Shown here: one piece after another, positions 1-10,976 of the stretch
How positions within the stretch are numbered: position 1 is the stretch's first letter
Layout of the letters: each line of letters begins with the position of its first letter
Assembly (NCBI GenBank): GCA_001179505.1
Contig: CDMY01000586.1
Span: 1-46,866 of the forward strand
Direction of reading: 5' to 3'
Length of the DNA stretch: 46,866 nucleotides
From: Vitrella brassicaformis CCMP3155
Lineage: Eukaryota; Protista; Chromerida
Translations under genes and position numbers: made by a program
The notes under the pieces: model-generated
Told to the model about the DNA's origin: nothing
Databases searched by the model: none
Seen by the model: only the letters and a program-made list of their open reading frames with translations

Positions 1-424
1 GGGAGTTTCAGGAGCCGATTGTCATCACGCTCTCAGCAGTTCCCGTGGGTGAGAGAGATCTGGGGCCATTTACTACAGGAATCTGAAAGCCATCCAAGCT
101 CGCACGATGCAGGATCGCGCTGGGGAATGAATCAGACAATATCACGCAGCTTTGTGGTGAAGCGGGTGCGTGGAGCGCGTTCACAAGATGTCTGTGCGGA
201 GATCGTGGACTTCCCCAGCGGCATCAGCTCAACGGAGCTGAAGATGCACATCAAGAGGAGTTGGGACTGGACGTGGCATTGTGGACGATGCGCTTCCCCG
301 ATTATCCTGAGGTCGAGGAACACGTCACTGACACCAGCTTTCCGGACCACGGCAGGGAGTTTCAGGAGCCGATTGTCATCACGCTCTCAGCAGTTCCCGT
401 GGGTGAGAGAGATCTGGGGCCATT
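1..424 (+). repeat. Identical 70-bp direct repeat (1-70 and 355-424), 354-bp period
   Basis: GGGAGTTTCAGGAGCC...GATCTGGGGCCATT occurs twice. The first copy is cut by the window edge. Confidence 0.95.
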
Positions 425-690
425 CATTCATTCATTCATTCATCCGTTTCTTCGTTGGATGATGCTGTTTGATTCTTCACCCGCAGGAGACTGGGCAGCG
501 CGGCGCTCTCCTCCTTCTTTGCTTCATTGCATTCATTATTCTCGGCAGCACTGGCCTCCACACCTGGGCAGGATACATACTCAGCCATGGCATGTTCTTC
601 GCCGGAGAGACCGGCCAGAGCGGCACCCTCACCACGAGGCTTACGACATTCGGGCGGTGTGTCACGGGCATGTTCACAAGGGAGTGGTGA
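1..690 (+). CDS. 3' part of a gene encoding repeated ubiquitin-like (beta-grasp-like) modules and a C-terminal TM helix; apparent frameshift near 258 (possible pseudogene)
   Basis: Manual splicing with donors CCC|gtgggt at 45 and about 399 gives ...EPIVITLSAVP|ESESHP...SFVVKRVRG...AEIVDFPSGISSTELKMHIKR/ELGLDVALWTMRF...EPIVITLSAVP|ETGQRGALLLLCFIAFIILG...EW*. One base is missing at about 258. The fold assignment is a pattern inference. Confidence 0.4.
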
Positions 691-1806
691 CCCTGACGAG
701 CGGTGGCAAGGCAAGGAGAGCAGCATGGAAACGCCGCTTTTGGAGGATAGTTTCACTCGAGAGTGAGAGGGAGAGAGAGGGCGGAGGGCGAGAAGAAAGA
801 GCTGGCACAAGCCTTCGGCGTGTTTGGGTGCTTACAAGTTGAATAGCCCTGTCGATTGGTCAAGGTAAATGACACATAGGGGTATGCCTTTGCCTCATGG
901 TGTTGTCGTCTTGTTGTCATCCGTAGCCGTCTTGTTGTTCACGCGGAGAAGCGGCGGATCATGAGATTTCTTGGTAGGTGCATCAGAGAGTCACTCAATG
1001 CAAGGCACACTCAGAGCTTGGCTCACCGATAGCCAGGCGTCGTATTTTCCCTTGCTCATAGCCACACGGGATGTTGACGACGTGGAGGCTCACATGCTTT
1101 TGATGCCCTCTCGTCGCCACACCCCGACACACACTGATTTTGCATGTCAGTGGACCCAATGGAGATCCGCTGATCTGTTGTCTTGTCTTGTCTTGTCGTG
1201 TGTGTCGTCGTGCAGGTGCTTTGTCTTATTATTCAATTCAGCTGTGCACCTGCCTCTTTGTTGGCATCGCGAGTCGGCCGCTGTTCGGTGCCAACCCCCG
1301 CGTGGAGCCGCCAAGCTATCGAGTCATGCGTGCAGCTTTTGGCGTCTCCTTTGGCCTTGTCGCATGACGTATGTGTGTGTGGGCGCAGCTGCACCGATGG
1401 ACGGCCGACTACAAGGATGCGCATTTTGCCAACTAGTTAACTCTGTACGTACCGCTTGGAAGCAGCCATAGCCCCTGGGATATATAGCCTTCAGTGTGTC
1501 CATCAAAGCTTATGTGTATGAGAGACCCCTGAGTGCACCGCACCCTATTGATTTGATTGATGCCATCATTGAATGGTGTTTGAGTTGAGACTTCTTAATG
1601 TCGCATGCAATGGTCTTAAGTATACGGTTGGTGATAAATTGCGCGTGTGTATGTATGGCTTATCCATCATCCATCCCGATATCGAGTCAGCCCTTCCCTT
1701 GTTTGTTTGTTTGTTTTTGTTTGTCAGTCCATCCGTTGTGCGACCGACAAGAGCAGACAGGCGAACAAGCAGAGACTGCGGCGAGATCCACACACGCCCG
1801 TCATGC

Positions 1807-2106
1807 NNNNNNNNNNNNNNNNNNNNNNNNNNNNNNNNNNNNNNNNNNNNNNNNNNNNNNNNNNNNNNNNNNNNNNNNNNNNNNNNNNNNNNNNNNNNNN
1901 NNNNNNNNNNNNNNNNNNNNNNNNNNNNNNNNNNNNNNNNNNNNNNNNNNNNNNNNNNNNNNNNNNNNNNNNNNNNNNNNNNNNNNNNNNNNNNNNNNNN
2001 NNNNNNNNNNNNNNNNNNNNNNNNNNNNNNNNNNNNNNNNNNNNNNNNNNNNNNNNNNNNNNNNNNNNNNNNNNNNNNNNNNNNNNNNNNNNNNNNNNNN
2101 NNNNNN
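1807..2106. other. Assembly gap (300 N)
   Basis: Run of N in the sequence. Confidence 0.99.
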
Positions 2107-2237
2107 CCCCCCGCCCTCGTCGGTTACACATTGACCCGCCCCCTCCCTCTGTGTCCGTCTGTCTGTCTGTCTGTCTATGCTATCTTTCCGTCTACTCTAC
2201 CGTCGGGCTGGTCGGCCACTCATCAACATGAGATTGA

Positions 2238-3859
2238 TCAGAATTCCTCTGTGGGGTCAGTTGGCATGATTTCGACGGTGTCGCCCGAGTTGACCATCGA
2301 CACGCAGATGTACCAGTCCTGGTGGCTGCGGGGCAGACCCGGGATCTTGTACAGCTGCGGACCCTCCAACATGCGACGGTGGACCTGTGTGGTGTGTGGG
2401 ACACGCAGGAAGACGCAACAGGTGGGTGGGCCTGTAGGTGGTGTGCCTGTCCGCGTGTGTGTGTATGAGTAACGTACCATGGCCAGTAGTCCCGATCGTC
2501 CGCTGTATCTGACGACGGCGACGTCTCCCTCCCGCCACTTGCCCCAGCCCTCGATGCAGCCCGTGTCGCGACCGCCCTGGATCACCTCCATTCCGCCCCA
2601 GCTGAATGAATCAAGACAGACGACATTCATTATACAACGAGCCCTGTGGATGGATGGATGCCTGTGGGGGTGGCGGTGGGTGGCTGGTGAGATGTGAGAT
2701 GTGAGGTGTGAGTGGGTGGACCGACCCGTAGCAGGTGGCGTGAGGGACGACGCTATGGTTGTTCTGGAGGCCCTCTGTGCTGCCTATCAGACCGATGAAC
2801 AGCTGGGGCACACTGCCCAGCTGATGAACCTACACACACATCCATCCAAACACACGAATGCAGAGAAGAAAAGAGAGGTAGATGGTGGAGGGTGTGTGCG
2901 TTGACTGGCGACAGGCGTGTGTGCGTACCTTTGCTTTGAAGTAGACGGTTGCGTCTCTGGTTTGGTTGACGGGCGGCTGCATGATGGCACAGCTATAGCG
3001 GTCCCCCGCGTGCCTCACACAACGCTCAGACAGACGCATCGCACCAGATATCACCTAACAGACAGGACAGTCATAACATACACCAATATGCACACCCACA
3101 TCCCTCCCTCCATCCCTCCATCCCTCCCTCCCTCCCTCTGTCTGTGTGTCTGTGCGTCTGACCTTGAAGTGGTACTCGAAGGGGAAGAGGTAATCAGTCA
3201 TTCCCAGGTACTGCAGCAGGTGGCCGAACTCGCCTTGCTTCTCCTTCGGGATGATCGGCCGCGGGGCGGGCCGCCCAGGGCCCTCTATCCGCTTGTTGCG
3301 CAGGAAGTTGAGCAGCGCCTTGAAGCAGTCCGGATCAAAGTCGAGGAACACACTGGGAGCACACACACACAGAGAGAGAGCACCAAAAGGATGGATGTGT
3401 TCGTCAGGTCACCTCTCCTCCCACCCTCTGTGTGTGTGTGTGTGTGTACCTGCCCTGTTTGTCTCGTTTGACAGCGGCCTCCCACCTGCCGCTGAACATG
3501 CTGGTGAGGAGGGAGGTCTCGCACTGACAGAGGGTGCTCCGCAGCACCGACATCCGCTCACCGCCCACATTCAGCTCTATCACGTCCTCCTCGCACCCGC
3601 CCGAAGATGATGAAGGCGTCCCCGGCCGCTCTGATGACATGGCGCCCTCGCCCTCTCCCTCTCCCTCGCCGTCTACCGCTCCCTGTCTGTCCATCTGTGT
3701 GGCGCCATCCCTCTTGTTGTCGTGCTTGTCGCTACTCTCATTCCTTCTCTCACTGGTGTGCGAGGCTGGTGTAGCGGGCGGGCCGGGAGTGACTGCCGGC
3801 TCTGATATGCGATTAGGCGATGAGGGGCTGCTGGACGGCGGCGGGTGCTTTTTGGCCAT
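2238..3859 (-). CDS. BTB/POZ (KCTD/T1-type) domain protein with a C-terminal beta-rich, SPRY-like domain; about 6 exons
   Basis: VIELNVGGERMSVLRSTLCQCETSLLTSMFSGRW...VFLDFDPDCFKALLNFLR is the KCTD-type BTB signature. In-frame GT-AG junctions at 3450/3352, 3163/3054 and 2929/2829. Stop TGA at 2238-2240. The SPRY-like call is tentative. Confidence 0.85.
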
Positions 3860-4014
3860 CACGCACAAGCGGAAGCGCACCAGGGAGAACGTGGTTGCGT
3901 GCTCTTGCGTGTTTGATGTTGTCCAGCTCCCTCCCTCGCCCTCTCTTCAGCTCGCAGGGAAGCTAAGCTCGCAGGGAGAAGGAAGAGAGAAGGGACGGCA
4001 CTCGCACTGCAGCC
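3860..4014. promoter_or_regulatory. Bidirectional promoter region between the BTB gene and LC8
   Basis: The two ATGs (3859 minus, 4015 plus) are about 155 bp apart. The interval contains two AGCTCGCAGGGA copies. Confidence 0.55.
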
Positions 4015-4458
4015 ATGCCGGAGGGCGAGAAGATGCAGACTGACATGGTACCAAAAACTGGCCATTTTGACCGTCGGTTGGGGTTGGGCATGCAGTGAGT
4101 GCCCGTGTGTGTATGTGTTGTGTGCAGGACAGTCAGGAGATGCAGACGGACGCCGTGGCGCAGGCGTCTGTCGCCCTCAGCAAGTATGAGACGGAGAAGG
4201 ACGTCTCCAGACATATCAAATCCTTCTTCGACGCCAAGTGAGCCTTCTTGTGTGCCGTGTGGCTCACTGGATGAATGGGGCGGTCTGCGTTTCTCCTCTC
4301 CTGCTCTTTGTGTATGTGTGTTTGTGTGTTTGTGTAGGTATTCGCCCAACTGGCACTGTGTGGTGGGTAAGAACTTCGCCAGCTACGCCACCCACGAGTC
4401 GAAAACCTACATCTTCTTCTACCTGGGGCAAGTGGCTGTCCTGCTCTACAAAGCATGA
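4015..4458 (+). CDS. DYNLL: Dynein light chain LC8 type, 3 exons
   Basis: Spliced product [11 protein letters not shown]|[37 protein letters not shown]|[39 protein letters not shown] matches the LC8 consensus. Confidence 0.95.
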
Positions 4459-5565
4459 TTAATATTGATCAGCGGTGGGAGGGGAGCAAAGGACAACCTG
4501 GAGGTGGCGGGCTGTGCGGGGGTGGGACACATCAAATGGATGGACGGACGGATGGACCTGCCCTGGTGCTGTGTGGATGACGTACAAGTAAGGGTGTGTA
4601 TGGTGTACGTGTGTGTGTGTTGTGGGTTCGGTTGAGATGATGATATGTACACATCTGTCTGTCTCACCATCATGCATCATCAATAGCATGACAGGCACGG
4701 CCACCATGACACGGAGAGTAAGGCAAGCCACTCGATCAGCCAGCCAGCCAGCCGTACCTACGTATGCAGCCAGAGAGAGAGAGAGAGAGAGATGGACCGT
4801 TCCGCCTTTGCTGAGTGAGACAGACAGACAGACAGACAGACAGACAGGTAGACAGGGAAGGTACCCACGCACTCACACACGCACCGGCAGTTAGTTCGTT
4901 GGTATGTTTCTATGGTACAGGCAGGCAAGCTTCCTTCCAGGACAAAGGAGCAAAAACCATTCATTCACTCTTATCTCTCTCTGTGTGTGTGCGCGTCACG
5001 TCCACTGTGTGTGTGTGGATATGTGTCCACCCATCCCATCTGGCCGCCTCCCCTGTCGGCTGGTTTGTTGGGACCCGCACCCACACACGCACACACGCGC
5101 ACGTGCACATTCACATGATGCGATTGAGAATGCAAAAACACTCCATCCATTGGAGGAGTGGTCCGGTGTGGTGGGTGTGCTGTGACCTGACTACCCGAAA
5201 TGCGCTCTCTCTCTCTGTCTCCGCCTGTCTGTCTGCTGTCGCCCACACGCACTTCCACACATGCAGACACAGACAGCGATGGATATCTAGATAAAGCACA
5301 CGCAATCAGTCAATTCTCTCTCATCACAGACAGACACGGAGGCAGGCAGGCAGCCCACACCAGACACCAAGAAAAGCATCTCAATGTATAATCCATCCAT
5401 CCATCCAGAAGGGGGGCAAAAATGGCTTCACACCACCCACCAGCCAGCAGCCCGGGAGCTCATCCGCAATCCAAAAGAAAACAAAACAAAACGGAACAAA
5501 ACAAATAAGAAACATACACAGAGAGGGAGAGAACGAGATACGTCTACCCTCCCTAGTACGGTCGC

Positions 5566-8500
5566 TCAGCCGAAGAAGCCCCGCCTCTCCGGCTTCTGCT
5601 GCTGCTGGTTCTGGTTGTTGGAGGGGTCGCCTTGCTGCTGCTGCTGTGGCGAGGCTACAGGAAAGGGCCCAGCTCCGCCCACCTGCTGTCGGTGAGTGGC
5701 GAGGTCCTGCCAGCTCTGATCCATCGGGGAGGGAGGGTACCGGATAATCCCAGGGGCTTGCTGGGCGGGGTACCCGAACATGGGCGCATTGTGTGCCTGA
5801 GGGTGGGGGTGGTGGGGGTAGTAGCTCGGCCGCATTGTCGGATTGGGATTGGGATTGGGCTTCTGCCGCCGCGCGCTGCGGGACGGCCACACCCGGTTGA
5901 GGCCGGTGAGCAGCCACTTGTCGAACCCCGCAAACACGAAGACTAAAACGGTGCCGACTAGAGCCACGAGGGTGTAGCCGAGGCTGGTCATGGCGTCGTT
6001 CAGCCCATGGCCCGCCTGAATGCCAAAGGCCTGAGCGCGGCTGACGATCTCTGCCCCATACTGGGGCTGGACGCCGCCGAGCCACACCAGCAGAACGCCC
6101 ACCAGCCCGAAGAGGGACGAGTAGAGGACATGCCCAGTGCGTGAGAAGTAGACAGAGCCGGCGATGGACGCGATGACGGCGCAGAGGTATCCGAGTAGAG
6201 TGAGGTCTTTGCGCAGGATGGTGTTCCAGCAGGCCGGCGTGACGTCGTCCCTCCACCACTTGTCGATGACCTTGGGCAGCAGGGCCTCGCCGATGGTGTG
6301 CTTGGACGACTTGGCCGAGGCCGCCTGGATGAACCGCTCGCCGGTCGATATGGCCGCCTTGCGGAAGCGCCACCAAATGAAGTAGGATGAAACAGCCGAC
6401 TGCACACAGACAGACACACACACATACATACAGGGGGGCAGCGCCATGGCTGTGGGTGTTGGTTACCGACCTTTAGCTCGGCGAGTGCTTGGTCTAGGGG
6501 CACTTGCACGATATCCTTGAGGGCCTCCACGTTGCGCTGGTCGAGCGCCCTCTCCCGCTGCTCCAGTCTCAGATGCAGATCACGCAAACCCTGGTTACAC
6601 GGAACACACACCACACACGCCACACAGGCAAAGATGAAGCGGGCAAAAAGCACTCTGGTGGGCAGAGATACTCACCCTGTTCCATGCGGACGAGTTGGCG
6701 CAGTAGAGCAGTGCGAAGGCGGCGTCTGCGGCCTCCCTGCCCCTGTCGAAGTGCTCCTTGAGCGTGTGGTCCTCGACGGGGAAGACCACACCCTTCTGGA
6801 TTATCCCCTCGAACTCGTGCTCCAGCTGATGCATCTTACGCTGACCACACACACAGATACACAGAGAGAGGCTGCTCGCTGGTGTGTGGGTGTGTGGGTC
6901 TTGGGGTGTGTGTGGTTGGTTACCTCGGCGTTGTCTTCGCATCGTTTCTCCCAGTTGGCTTCTACGGTTTTGGTGCCCTTCTGGACGATCTTGTCGAGGG
7001 TGGCGCGCCAGTCCCTCATGTAGGGGTGGCCGTGCAGGCCTCCGAGCTCGCTGTCAAAGGCACCCCGCGACGCATCACTCAACCCCTGCACACACTCACA
7101 CACGAACGGACACACACACAGATGTGGGATGGCTGTGGTGAGGGATGGCTGTGGGTGACTGTTTACTTGTATTTTGCTGTTGAGGTCATCCAGTGAGATG
7201 TCCAGACTGCTGGGCTTCACCTCGGTAAACACCTTATCCGCCCGAGCCTGAGCTGCCACACACACACACACACACACGCAAACACACGCAAAAACACACA
7301 CATGTCGGTCACTCTCTCTGCTGGTCCCTCTCTCTCTCTTTCCCTATTCCCCTGCACCACACCTACCTCTGTCGACGGCCTTCTGCGTGATCCTGCTGTT
7401 ATTCCGCGATATCTCGTTGATGTGCGCCTTGGTGATCTGCTCGAAGCTCGCCAGGCTCGACTTACAGCACTGGCTGTCGGTGAAGTTGGGGTGCTCCGCC
7501 CTCAGCGACTCGAACAGCTTGGCCGTCGCCTCGTCCCTGGCCTCGTTGGCCGCCTTGTCAAGCGCATTGGGCGTGAGCGGCAGCGTGTCGTGGATGTCGT
7601 CCATCTGTTCCATGAAGGACCGGAAGTGGACGCTCTTCCACCGCTCGCAGTGGTCGGTGAGGGTGCGGCAGTTCTGCTGCTGCAGGCTGCGCATGGCCTT
7701 GTGTATGTCGGCCTTGAGCTTGTCGCTGGCGTCTTTGGAGTACTGCTCCAGCCCCTTGGTCAGCCGCCAGAAGACCAGCATGACACTTGTGCGGACCCGC
7801 TCGTGCTGCTTGTCGAACTCGTCGTCGTACAGCGGCCGGGTGCCGTTGATGGCCTTCATTATCTCGGTCTCGTACTTGCGCAGCATGTCGTTCTTGGTCA
7901 TGGACACCTGCAGCTGAGCGTACTGGTCCCACAGCGAGCTCGGCGGCTTCGGCTGCGCATCCTCTGACCGAGATGCCGCCACCAGGAACTTGACCAGGTC
8001 AGCCAGATCGGCGCCGCTCATTTTGCGCTCCTCGCTCTTGGTCTTGGGGAAGCGGCTCGCGTCCGCTATCAGCCGCTCGCGGAACTGCCTCATTTCCTCG
8101 ACAAAGGCGCGCTCGAATGCCGCCTCGTCGGCCTGGTCGAGACGGCTCAGCGCGGAGGCGTCACCGCTAGGCGGTGGGAGCGTGACGCAGTCGACTCGCG
8201 AGAAGAGGTCTGAGATGGAGCCGTTCTTGCCCTCCCTGTTGCGGTTGTCGATGAGCTCCTCCAGCCAGCGGCGGGAGCTGCGGCCGTTGAGATCCTGAAC
8301 GAAGTCCTGCACCACCCACGTCAGGCCCGAGGGCTTCAGCGACTCCACCAGATCGGCCACCGAGCTGTTGGCGAACGTGTGGGCGCGAACACCAAACAGC
8401 TGACGATGAACCACATTCACACACACGGACACACACACACACACACATAATGGCCATGAGGAACATTCTGCATGTGGGTGTACACGCGCCCCGCCGACCC

Positions 8501-9155
8501 AGCGACCGACCGACCTGCGATCTACGTGTGAGGAATTCCAGGTAGTCGAGTGCGTTTTGGTCGATGAGTTTGACCGAGTTGTAGACGACCTCCGACGAGA
8601 GGAGCGTGGCGACCGAGAAGACCTTGCTGTCGTAGTCTGCCGTGATGTTGGGGCCGTAGAAGCCCTCGGTGTCCAGGAAGAGGATGCTGGTGCCGTTGAC
8701 GTCTATCGGCTCGGACCACCACCACAGCCCGCTCGTCTTGGGGTCCACGGTGTAGCCCAGCTCAAACCCTCGACGCTCACCTGAAAGACAGACACAAATG
8801 CGACACACACACACGACAGAAACTGCGAGAAGAGGCCATGTTTTCGCCCCATGCTGCATGGCTGTGTCCGCTTCGTCTCATCCTGACTGTCTGATCATCC
8901 CTGTGGCCCACCACCGTAGGTACCCAGTAGCTGATTGAGGAGGAAGCTCTTGCCGCTGTGGATGGCTCCGACGACCGACACAACGGCGATGGGCGCCGGC
9001 ACCTGCTTGAGCCTGTCGACATTGGTCCGATTGATGAGCAGCTGCGTGTGGCTCTCGTCGGGGTAGATCAGCTGCAGCGGCTCCCCGGACGCATCGCAGG
9101 CAATGACGAGAGAGGCTAGCGACACACAGATGCGTAGCAATAGGGCTGCTCTCAT
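5566..9155 (-). CDS. Guanylate-binding protein / atlastin-superfamily GTPase with N-terminal signal peptide, helical stalk, about 3 C-terminal TM helices and a P/Q-rich tail
   Basis: P-loop VVGAIHSGKSFLLNQLL, G2 region GYTVDPKTSGLW, G3 LFLDTEG, and WVVQDF. About 8 exons join in frame. Hydrophobic N-terminus MRAALLLRICVSLASLVIACDA. Confidence 0.88.
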
Positions 9156-9486
9156 CCTGGCTGCTCACATCCAAGGAAAACAAAAACCAAAGTGGCAGCT
9201 GCCGAGACGAACGTTTACAAGGGGGATCGGGGCAATGGCCCTTTGACCTTTCCGTGCACTTGTTCCGACGGGAAGGAAAATAAAAACAGGCACACGAGTC
9301 AACTGAAGCTCAACATGGGTGTGGACATGCAAACCGCTAGCGAGTGCCCTCCCTCCCAGTTCACCCGTGTCCCTCATGCAAAGGGGAGAAGGGAGACGAG
9401 TCATTCAAAATTGTCGACTCTCATCCATCAGCACACAAGCAGTGAGGCGCTCGCGCCTCCAATTGGGCTGATTTGTATGTCGGGCA

Positions 9487-10976
9487 TCAATCGACACATC
9501 GAAACCAGACAGCACCACCCACTGGCCAGCTGACACCACCCCTTACACCACCACCGTCCGTCCCCCTGTTGATGACGTCACGCTTGAGGGAAGGGTCGCA
9601 GCACCCACGGCACGCCAACGGGGCATCCATCGACTGCGGGAAGCGGTCGGCGAGCGGCTCAGACCGATCACCAACAGGTCCTCGGTCGTGGACAGAATTC
9701 ACAACACCGCCCAACCCAACCGCCAGGTGGGTCTCGCCCGGTCTGTGGCCGCTCAGAATCACACGACGATGGTCATCGGCATCAGCAGCATTCAGATCGT
9801 CCCCATCGCCGCGATCTTCGACAGCGATGCCCAAATCCTCTGGGATGCCCGATGTCAGCACGGCCATAGCGGGGGTCACCACTGCCGATGTGTGCAAGGA
9901 GCACCCTCCTCTGAACCCTTCCCTGTTCATCGAGGGTGATGTCGGTCGGTCACCAGAAAGCGTCCTCTAATAGAAAGGCGCTGAGGGAAAGGGGAAGGGG
10001 AGGGGGACGTACCGGGGATGGTCATTGCCTGAAAGTGCACACACACACATGCACATCCATCCATCCATCCACGTAGCCGTGAGTGGGTCACCAAGCCATG
10101 CACAGCTCTCTCCCTTTGCACACTCGATCAAATCAAACTGTCCCCCTCCTTTACGTAGCGGCCGGATGATGGTGAGGCGTATGGGGCGCCCCGGGCGGTC
10201 GCCCTTGCCCGCAAGACCCTCGCTCACGGGCAGGGCCTCATCGATGGTCTTGTCTTGAAATCGGTAAAGTGCATCGCCCATGTACCCCTCCGGGTAATAA
10301 GGGCTCTTCTTGATCATCGCCTTGAAGTCATTGGTGCACGTGCCGGCTCTCACATCTACGGGGAAAGGTTGTAGGCTTCGGCCGCTCTCCTCGACTAGCA
10401 CCACCCACTTCCGAAGCATCTTTCGTGGGTTGGAGCTGGGAGGAGGAGGAGCTTTCGGAAGCAAGTCCGCCAGCCAATCTCCTAGCTTCGAGCCAGCGGG
10501 GAGCTGCTGAGTGCCGGGACGGGGGCGGGCGGGAGAGGCAAGTTGCTGCGGCCGCGACGCAGTAATAGGGGAGGGGCCGATGAACGATGCTGGATCAGCA
10601 AGGGGCTGCACACACACATCACACACACACACACGTAGACGAGTCCACGTGCGCTCTCGTGTGCTCTGCCTGCCCCAGATGCCCGTGGGTGTATGTGTGC
10701 GGCCGGCGCTGCTGCCTGTCAGCTGACCTGTGTGCTGCTGTGTATGCCCTGCGTGGACAGCGTGAATAAGGCAAACAGCAGGGCAAACAAACTCTGCAGG
10801 AAACCCATATGGACGCAGTGACGAGAAAGATCCAATCACGATTTCGCCGCTCTGGGCGTCGATGGAGCGAATCGATGACCTATCGACGCGCCGGGCCGGA
10901 CATGACAGCGCTACTGAAGACAAGAACAACGGCCATACATATCGGTGCGTTGTGCTGGCGTGCTGCCTTTCGCTCT
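9487..10976 (-). CDS. Left copy of the ubiquitin-like-domain gene, probably continuing into an uncharacterised 3' exon (9487-9890)
   Basis: ORF 9967-11262 contains KWVVLVEESGRSLQPFPVDVRAGTCTNDFKAMIKKSP...LYRF...GKGDRPGRPIRLTIIRP. The downstream ORF 9487-9930 is protein-like. The exact splicing is unresolved. Confidence 0.5.

Noticed and set aside
850-1806. ORFs 971-1471 and neighbours
   Set aside because: Non-ATG starts, translations built from (TTGTC)n/(GT)n repeats, and no consistent splice-supported frame.
1573-2472. Long ORFs spanning the first N gap (similarly 44784-45764 at the second gap)
   Set aside because: They exist only because N codons are not read as stops. The flanking translations are microsatellite-derived.
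7302-7967. Long antisense or alternate-frame ORFs over GC-rich exons (also 13119-13727, 24416-25252, 25256-26026, 39996-40642)
   Set aside because: They are shadow ORFs of genes with clear motifs on the other strand or frame, and have no recognisable features of their own.
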